From an uncultured Bacteroidales bacterium (GTDB lineage: Bacteria; Bacteroidota; Bacteroidia; Bacteroidales; WCHB1-69), in the NCBI GenBank assembly GCA_946186495.1, contig CAMHNQ010000007.1, forward strand, positions 8,161 to 72,160: a stretch of 64,000 nucleotides of DNA, given 5' to 3'. Both the position numbers and the translations under genes were made by a program. The notes beneath the pieces are model-generated. The model saw only the letters and a program-made list of their open reading frames with translations. It was not told the origin of the DNA and did not search any database. The stretch's first letter is position 1; each line of letters starts with the position of its first letter. Shown one piece after another: positions 57,957 through 64,000 of the stretch.

Positions 57957-59252
57957 TTATTCTGTTTCCACACGCAACTTCACCTCCCCGATGGAGAGGA
58001 TATCTCCTTCGGAAAGAATCCTGTCGGATTCCGCGTCGTGAAGCTCCGCAGTGTTAACAAATGTCCCGTTCAGCGAATTGTGCCACTCTCCCCCATACCA
58101 CTGGCCGTCTCGCAGGTGCCATTTTCTCCCGGCAACATCATATTCCAGGGTACAATGTCTTCTGGAGATGTAGGAGGCGTCTGTGTCTTTCAGTTCCACA
58201 TCGTTGCTGAATCCGCTGTGTTCCCTGCCGATCGTCACCACGTACTTGCCGGCATCTGCGAACGACCGGAGAGAAATGGTGCGGCCGGATTCGGAGCCAT
58301 AGACAATCCTTAGCAGACAATTTGTCGTGACTTTCCGTGCAGGATTGCTTGCCTGCCTTGCCACTGAACCGACATTGCCTTGCAGGTGGCAGGGAATCAG
58401 GGACAGGATTCCATCAACCGTTTGGATGCGTTTCTGAAAGTTGGGCTGGAGACAGCCGTCCAAAATCTCGTACCAGTATTCGGGACAATTGTGCAAATGG
58501 AAGACGGTTTCGTTCCACTTGCCCGCCTTTACCTTTTTGATATAGTTGTCAATGTCCGTTTCCTTTTCCAAATCCCCGAAAGGATATTGGTGGAACAGCA
58601 TCTCGTAGAGCACCACGCCGAAAGAGAAGATGTCCGTGGTGGGTAGCACGGTGGAGATGGCTTTCTTAGGGTTGATCTGTTCTGGAGACATGTAGGCCAA
58701 TGTCCCGAAAGTCTGTATTTTGGAGAAAATGCCTCTTCTTTCTGGCTTTACACGACAGTTTCCGCTCGTCCCGAAATCCGACAAGGCGAATGTCCCCGTC
58801 TTTTTTCTCAAAATGTTGGCCGGCTTCAAATCCCGGTGTACCTTGCCGTTACGATGCAAGTCTCGCAGTCCGTACAGTATCTCACAGACCACTTTTTCAA
58901 CGTCGGTATCTGGATTCTTCATGAATCGCTGCAGGCTTGTTTCACTGCATAACTCCATCACAATGTATGGGTTCCCCTTCACCCAGTCGGAGTGATAGGA
59001 ATAAACGATATAGTCGCTCCGAATCCTACCGGTCTCGAATTCCAGTTGGAAACGGTTCACCAGCTCTTCACGAAGGTGGGCCTCCCGTTTCCACAGCGGA
59101 AGTATCTTGAGCGCGAAATGCCGGTCTTGGCGGTCACAGACATCATAAACCATGCCGAAGCTTCCCTCGCCCAGGAGCTTCTTCACTTGGTATTCCCTGT
59201 CTATGTATTCGCCAGGCAGGAAACTGCATCGTTCGGGGATTTCTCGCAACAT
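57957..59252 (-). CDS. Soluble Hanks-type Ser/Thr kinase with a C-terminal FHA domain
   Basis: LGEGSFGMVYDV, FALKIL, HRDLKPANIL, LSDFGTS and GTLAYMSPE. C-terminal FHA: VTIGREHSGFSNDVELKDTDASYISRRHCTLEYD...SLNGTFVNT...LSEGDILSIG. Start placed at MLREIPER (59252), after the upstream gene's stop. Confidence 0.88.
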   Translation of the reverse strand: MLREIPERCSFLPGEYIDREYQVKKLLGEGSFGMVYDVCDRQDRHFALKILPLWKREAHLREELVNRFQLEFETGRIRSDYIVYSYHSDWVKGNPYIVMELCSETSLQRFMKNPDTDVEKVVCEILYGLRDLHRNGKVHRDLKPANILRKKTGTFALSDFGTSGNCRVKPERRGIFSKIQTFGTLAYMSPEQINPKKAISTVLPTTDIFSFGVVLYEMLFHQYPFGDLEKETDIDNYIKKVKAGKWNETVFHLHNCPEYWYEILDGCLQPNFQKRIQTVDGILSLIPCHLQGNVGSVARQASNPARKVTTNCLLRIVYGSESGRTISLRSFADAGKYVVTIGREHSGFSNDVELKDTDASYISRRHCTLEYDVAGRKWHLRDGQWYGGEWHNSLNGTFVNTAELHDAESDRILSEGDILSIGEVKLRVETE

Positions 59253-59259
59253 GACTTTC

Positions 59260-59946
59260 CTATTTGGTTTCTTCGAACACGAACATTCTGTTGCCCAACA
59301 GGATGACATCACCGTCTTTCAGCACTGTTTTTCGCGAAGCGCGCACAAATGTCGTCCTTTGTGAACTCCGGTCTTCTATAAACCATTGACCGTCTTCATA
59401 CGTGACCGACGCTTGCGCCTTCCCCGTGATGGAATTGTTGTCGGGCTCTGTGTTCTGCCGGTTCAGCAAAACAGAATTGCCCGTAAAAGAGACTTTCTCC
59501 AAATTCAATTCTTCCCCCTCTTGGGCAACTGGGGTAAGCAAAAAGCCAGTCCCGCCCTTTTTGTCCTTAGGTCGCAGGTATGGATTGTACGTCTTCTTGT
59601 CCACATTCTCATTCGTGCGCTCCTCTGCTTGGTTTGCCACTTGTTCGGACGGGTTTCCTTCCGTTGCGACGACCGGGAAGTCTTCCGCCCGAAGTTCATA
59701 TTTGCATTGAGGACATACGGTCATTCCTCGCAATAACGGATAGCTGCAATTCGGGCAGCGGTGTCTTTCCGATACCGCATCACGGTGTCCTCTCCTGAAC
59801 ACCACGGTCTTTTTGTCATCAACGTCGCCATCGCTTCGTTCAGACGACACCACGGCTTCTTCTGTTCCACCCTCGGTGGGATTCCCGCATTTCTCACATT
59901 GGGTTACATGGTCGGGGTTTGACCATCCACAAAACTTGCATCTCAT
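59260..59946 (-). CDS. Double zinc-ribbon protein with a divergent C-terminal FHA domain
   Basis: CKFCGWSNPDHVTQCEKCG and CPNCSYPLLRGMTVCPQCKYEL. The C-terminus is VLLNRQNTEPDNNSITGKAQASVTYEDGQWFIEDRSSQRTTFV...LKDGDVILLGNRMFVFE. The fold pattern is FHA-like, but the canonical GR and S-x-x-H positions read NR and T-G-K-A-Q. Confidence 0.78.
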   Translation of the reverse strand: MRCKFCGWSNPDHVTQCEKCGNPTEGGTEEAVVSSERSDGDVDDKKTVVFRRGHRDAVSERHRCPNCSYPLLRGMTVCPQCKYELRAEDFPVVATEGNPSEQVANQAEERTNENVDKKTYNPYLRPKDKKGGTGFLLTPVAQEGEELNLEKVSFTGNSVLLNRQNTEPDNNSITGKAQASVTYEDGQWFIEDRSSQRTTFVRASRKTVLKDGDVILLGNRMFVFEETK

Positions 59947-60090
59947 AATCTTCCTTGTTTGTTCTTGAGTTCACTCTATAAAAACGAAAACGGTATCGAC
60001 GATTTGAATTTATTCTGATTGAAAACCAGTCGGTTACAGAATATTTCCGCTTTCATTCACAGACACAAAAAAATCGTGAGCCTGTTTTGC

Positions 60091-60206
60091 GCTGCACGAA
60101 GGTCTGGACACCTATACCACAAACAAGAAAGCTCACGATCCACATCGCAAGCGATTCGTTTCTTTCTTCGTGGTATTGCTGAAAATTGTCCAGATTTTCG
60201 TGCAGC
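60091..60206 (-). promoter_or_regulatory. Extended imperfect ~116-nt hairpin in the ~365-nt leader of the FHA/kinase operon
   Basis: Outer arms are gctgcacgaa-gg-tctggaca (60091-60110) and tgtccaga-ttt-tcgtgcagc (60187-60206). Inner arms are taccac..aagaaag and ctttctt..gtggta. Confidence 0.5.
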
Positions 60207-60311
60207 AGAAGAAAAGCGAAAACGCCTTACCTTATTAAATTATGTATAATTATTATCTGTCTATATCCTTGTTATTTGTCTTTTTGTTGATAATCCGTTG
60301 AAATTTCGCCG

Positions 60312-60319
60312 CAAAGATA
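60312..60319 (-). promoter_or_regulatory. -7 promoter box (TAtcTTTG on the minus strand), the nearest box upstream of the FHA/kinase operon
   Basis: CAAAGATA on the plus strand, 366 nt upstream of the ATG at 59946 and 54 nt downstream of the SDR gene stop. Confidence 0.5.
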
Positions 60320-60372
60320 CATTTTTTTGTAATGTGTAGCTCGCGGTTTGTGATTTTTGTTGGCCGTGGCCT

Positions 60373-61128
60373 TTATTTTCTGACGATGACGCTGCCGCTG
60401 CCCTGGTGGGTGGCGAGGATCAGCACTTCGGCAATCTGCACGTGGGCGGGAGCGTTGGCGGCGTAGACGGCCACGTCGGCAATGTCGTCACCGGTCAGCG
60501 GCTTGATGCCCTTGTAGACGCTGGCGGCGCGCTCGGTGTCTCCGTGGAAACGGGTGTTGCTGAAGTTGGTCTCCACCAGGCCGGGCTTGAGGTTCGTCAC
60601 ACGCACGGAGGTGCTCGCCACATCGATGCGCAGCCCGTCAGACAGGGTCTTCACCGCCGCTTTCGTGGCACAGTAGACGTTTCCGTTGGCGTACGCGGCG
60701 TCGCCAGCCACGGAACCCACGTTGATGACATGGCCTCGGTCGCGCGCCACCATCCCCGGCACGATGAGGCGCGTCATGGTCAGCAAACCCTTGATGTTGG
60801 TGTCTATCATGGTCTCCCAGTCCTCGAAACTCCCCTCCTGTTCCGGCTCCAGCCCAAGGGCCAGTCCCGCGTTGTTCACCAGCACGTCAATCTCTTTCCA
60901 CCCGTCGGGCAGCCCGTTGATGGCGCGGGTGGCCGCCTCGCGGTCGCGCACGTCGAAGGCCAGGGTCAGCACTTCCGCGCCCTTGCCGGACAACTCCTTG
61001 CGTATGTCCTCTAAAAGCTGCTCCTTGCGGCCCGTCAGGATCAGCTTGTCCCCGTTTTCGGCAAATTTCCTCGCGCAACCCAGACCGATACCGCTCGTTG
61101 CGCCTGTAATTAATACGATTTTATTCAT
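60373..61128 (-). CDS. Short-chain dehydrogenase/reductase (YdfG-like, NADP-dependent)
   Basis: ITGATSGIG, NNAG, and the catalytic S...YCATKAA. Confidence 0.88.
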   Translation of the reverse strand: MNKIVLITGATSGIGLGCARKFAENGDKLILTGRKEQLLEDIRKELSGKGAEVLTLAFDVRDREAATRAINGLPDGWKEIDVLVNNAGLALGLEPEQEGSFEDWETMIDTNIKGLLTMTRLIVPGMVARDRGHVINVGSVAGDAAYANGNVYCATKAAVKTLSDGLRIDVASTSVRVTNLKPGLVETNFSNTRFHGDTERAASVYKGIKPLTGDDIADVAVYAANAPAHVQIAEVLILATHQGSGSVIVRK

Positions 61129-61172
61129 AATCAGTGTTTTAAGATATTTTCTTTCCTTTTTTTTGTCGTTGA

Positions 61173-61180
61173 CAAAGATA
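61173..61180 (-). promoter_or_regulatory. -7 promoter box for the SDR gene
   Basis: CAAAGATA on the plus strand, 45 nt upstream of the ATG at 61128. Confidence 0.55.
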
Positions 61181-61308
61181 CTATTTTTTTGCGGCGGCGC
61201 AACAAGGTCAGGAAGAATAGCGTGGCAGAGGCCGGAAAAAAGGGAACGCTTCCGGACCTCTTGGTGAAATAACTGTTTCTCGCATGACTGCGTGACCGTT
61301 AAAAATTG

Positions 61309-61316
61309 TATCTTTG
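61309..61316 (+). promoter_or_regulatory. -7 promoter box (TATCTTTG) for ffh
   Basis: Exact TAnnTTTG match, 44 nt upstream of the ATG at 61360. Confidence 0.55.
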
Positions 61317-61359
61317 CAGCCCCGAAATTAGCAAATGTTTTTAGACTGAAATTGGAAAT

Positions 61360-62700
61360 ATGTTTGAAAGTTTATCCGACAGATTAGAACGGTCATTTAA
61401 GATACTGAAAGGCCAGGGCAAGATTACGGAAATCAACGTGGCCGAGACCACCAAAGAGATTCGCAAGGCACTCATCGATGCGGACGTGAGCTACAGCATC
61501 GCCAAGGAGTTCACCAACAGCGTGAAGGAGAAAGCCATCGGCATGAACGTGATCAATGCCGTGTCGCCCAACCAGCTCATGGTGAAGATCACCTACGACG
61601 AACTCATCGCCCTCATGGGAAGCCAAGCGGTCGATATCAACCTCAAGGGTTCGCCCGCCATCATCCTCATGGCCGGTCTGCAGGGCTCCGGTAAGACCAC
61701 CCATAGCGCCAAACTCGCCAACCTGCTGAAGACGAAGCGCGGCAAAAAGCCCATGCTCGCCGCCTGCGACGTCTATCGCCCCGCCGCCATCGACCAGCTG
61801 AAGGTCCTCGGCGACCAGATTGGCGTGGAGGTCTATTCCGAACCCGACAACAAGAAACCTGTCGAGATCGCCAAGAACGCGGTGCGTCATGCCAAGGACT
61901 ATGGATATGACGTGGTCATCATCGATACCGCCGGCCGTCTTGCGGTTGACGAGGAGATGATGCGCGAGATCACCAACATCAAGGAGGCCGTCAACCCGCA
62001 GGAGATACTCTTTGTGGTGGATGCCATGACCGGCCAGGACGCCGTTAACACGGCCAAGGCTTTCAACGACCGTCTCAACTTCGATGGTGTCATCCTCACC
62101 AAACTCGACGGCGACACCCGCGGCGGTGCCGCGCTCACCATCCGCAAGGTCACGGAGAAACCCATTAAGTTCGTCGGCATGGGTGAGAAGATGGAGGCGT
62201 TGGACGTCTTCCATCCCGAACGTATGGCGGAGCGTATCCTCGGCATGGGTGACATCCGCTCCTTCGTGGAACGCGCCCAGGAACAGTTCGATGACGAGGA
62301 GGCCGCCAAACTCTCCAAGAAGTTGGCCAAGAACCAGTTCGACTTCAATGACTTCAACCAGCAGATCCAGCAAATCAAGAAGATGGGGAACGTCAAGGAC
62401 CTCATGGGCATGATTCCCGGCATGGGCAAGCTGGTGCGGAATATGGACATCGACGACGATGTCTTCAAGAGTGTGGAGGTGATGATTCAGTCGATGACCC
62501 CGGAGGAAAGGGCCAACCCCGACATTATCAACGGCTCGCGGCGCAAACGTATCGCTCGCGGCTCCGGCCGTGACATCCAGGATGTCAACCGCCTCATCAA
62601 GCAGTTCGATGACATCCGCAAGGTGATGAAGGCCGTCAACAACGGCTCAGGCAAGACCAGAGGGATGATGCGTGCGATGCGTGCCCGGGGCAGAAGATAG
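61360..62700 (+). CDS. ffh: Signal recognition particle protein Ffh
   Basis: N domain, then G domain (GLQGSGKTT, DTAGR, TKLDGD), a Met-rich M domain and a basic C-terminus. Confidence 0.97.
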   Translation: MFESLSDRLERSFKILKGQGKITEINVAETTKEIRKALIDADVSYSIAKEFTNSVKEKAIGMNVINAVSPNQLMVKITYDELIALMGSQAVDINLKGSPAIILMAGLQGSGKTTHSAKLANLLKTKRGKKPMLAACDVYRPAAIDQLKVLGDQIGVEVYSEPDNKKPVEIAKNAVRHAKDYGYDVVIIDTAGRLAVDEEMMREITNIKEAVNPQEILFVVDAMTGQDAVNTAKAFNDRLNFDGVILTKLDGDTRGGAALTIRKVTEKPIKFVGMGEKMEALDVFHPERMAERILGMGDIRSFVERAQEQFDDEEAAKLSKKLAKNQFDFNDFNQQIQQIKKMGNVKDLMGMIPGMGKLVRNMDIDDDVFKSVEVMIQSMTPEERANPDIINGSRRKRIARGSGRDIQDVNRLIKQFDDIRKVMKAVNNGSGKTRGMMRAMRARGRR

Positions 62701-62738
62701 GGGAGGTGTCTGGCTGCCTGCAAAAGGGCGCGTCGTTC

Positions 62739-64000
62739 CTATCTTGCCTGCATTGTGCGGATTTCCGGCACGTCAAGGCGTACTTTCAGCCATTCGCAAA
62801 GGCGTTTCTCTGCCTCCGGATGGCTTTTTCCGTCTTTCCAGCTTACGTAAACGACAGGCATCTGCTTGTGGGTCAGGGCATCGGTGTCGTAGCATTCCAT
62901 TTCGCCAATGGCAAGCTGGTCAATGTCGGGATATTGCGTGTGAATCTCCTTGATCAGCAATTCAGTACCCTCCGCCGACCCGGTCATCTTGCCGATTTTG
63001 GTGCGGAGCATGTTGATGGTGGAGTCCTGGGAGGCAATCACGGCATCTTTCTTCTCGATGAGGTCTTCCACCAACTGGGTCTGCTGGGCGATGTCAACAA
63101 CGCCGCCGGTCTGCCGGACGACCAGCTTGGCGCGCTCCAGTCCATATTCAGTCCGCATGATATGCTGGAGTTTGGCGATATCCTCCACCGACAGCGGTTT
63201 CCCGATGACCCGCAACAATACGGTTTGCGTTTTGTTGGTGTACTCCATCTGCGAATCAATGAGTTGTACGTCACTGAAAAGCTCGTGCTGTTGGATTTCG
63301 TTCACAAAGCGGATGCTCTGAGACTTGAAAGCGGACTCCCGTACGAGATTGACGGCCATGATGAGGCTGGGTATCATGACGAGAATGGCGAAGGCGTAGA
63401 TCATCCGTTTCACCGCGTTGAGCCGGGAGTTGTCGATGTAGCGCACTTGCGGGAATCCTAAGAAGCGGATCATGATGAAGGTGGCCATTGCAATGAAGAA
63501 TGAGTTGATGAAGAAGAGGTAGAAAGCCCCGCCGAAATAGCGTAACTGCCAGGTCGCCAGTCCGTATCCGGCGGTGCAGAGCGGTGGCATCAGCGCGGTG
63601 GCGATGGCGACGCCAGAGATTACCGTGAAAGGCTGTGACTTTCGGGAGGTGGCCACAATACCTGCCAGTCCACCGAAGAATGCGATGATGACGTCGAAGA
63701 TGGTGGGACGGGTGCGCGCCAGCAACTCCGACTGCGCCTCGCTAAGCGGAGAAATCAGGAAGTACAGTGTGGAGGTGACCAGGCTGATGATGACCATCAG
63801 CAGGAAGTTCCTCAAGGATTTCCGCAAAAGGTCTTCGTCAAGGATGCCGACGGAGAGGCCGATGCCGGTAATGGGGCCCATGATCGGCGAAATCAACATG
63901 GCCCCGATGATCACCGCCGTGGAGTTCACGTTCAACCCTACGGAAGCCACGATGATGGCGAATGCCAGCACCCAAAGGTTGACACCACGGAACTCCACGT
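62739..64000 (-). CDS. DUF389-family integral membrane protein, partial (5' end beyond the window)
   Basis: ...NSTAVIIGAMLISPIMGPITGIGLS... and a second ...GVAIATALMPPLCTAGYGLA... repeat typical of DUF389. The frame is open to the window end, and the track 'M' at 63998 is a GTG. Confidence 0.75.
   Translation of the reverse strand, partial: VEFRGVNLWVLAFAIIVASVGLNVNSTAVIIGAMLISPIMGPITGIGLSVGILDEDLLRKSLRNFLLMVIISLVTSTLYFLISPLSEAQSELLARTRPTIFDVIIAFFGGLAGIVATSRKSQPFTVISGVAIATALMPPLCTAGYGLATWQLRYFGGAFYLFFINSFFIAMATFIMIRFLGFPQVRYIDNSRLNAVKRMIYAFAILVMIPSLIMAVNLVRESAFKSQSIRFVNEIQQHELFSDVQLIDSQMEYTNKTQTVLLRVIGKPLSVEDIAKLQHIMRTEYGLERAKLVVRQTGGVVDIAQQTQLVEDLIEKKDAVIASQDSTINMLRTKIGKMTGSAEGTELLIKEIHTQYPDIDQLAIGEMECYDTDALTHKQMPVVYVSWKDGKSHPEAEKRLCEWLKVRLDVPEIRTMQAR

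Noticed and set aside
60019-60249. 76-aa plus-strand ORF in the leader of the FHA/kinase operon
   Set aside because: It is antisense to the operon leader, has no promoter box or recognisable motif, and its sequence coincides with the long hairpin. An RNA-structure explanation is more parsimonious.

Overview
This window looks like chromosomal DNA from a Bacteroidota (Bacteroidales-like) genome. Three things support that: many TAnnTTTG -7 promoter boxes in front of genes, T9SS type A and type B sorting domains, and FISUMP-domain surface proteins.

Positions 1-35.7 kb and 60.3-64 kb are mostly housekeeping genes: birA, rpsA, an initiator-type tRNA-Met, groES/groEL, kdsB, pssA, holB, nth, hisS, parC, thrS and ffh, plus an OPT transporter, a deoxynucleoside kinase, an acyl-CoA ligase and others.

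Positions 35.8-59.9 kb form a 24-kb gene array that runs entirely on the minus strand and looks accessory. It holds:
- T9SS type B cargo genes, one intact and one broken by several frameshifts, with a G10 tract in the leader of the broken copy.
- A decayed IS5-family transposase.
- A WG-repeat lipoprotein.
- Three FISUMP surface-protein genes shaped by a recent segmental duplication. The duplication includes a 351-bp identical block and a 30-bp leader hairpin unit present once upstream of one gene and four times upstream of another.
- At its upstream end, a compact six-gene operon that I rate as the best candidate for an undescribed system.

The six-gene operon encodes three FHA domains, two Hanks-type Ser/Thr kinases, one PP2C phosphatase, an FHA-TM-trypsin-like peptidase fusion and an orphan exported protein. 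None of the modules that usually accompany such circuits is present (RodA/PBP, T6SS or vWA/TerY).

Other points worth a second look:
- An exact sigma54-type -24/-12 box upstream of groES.
- A SPOR protein with 78-bp tandem repeats and a 54-codon Asp(/Asn) tract.
- 20-bp-phased direct repeats next to a membrane LytTR regulator.
- An AT-rich island containing a 13-codon ATPase gene stub.

All calls come from reading the sequence and the ORF translations by eye. No database search was run.
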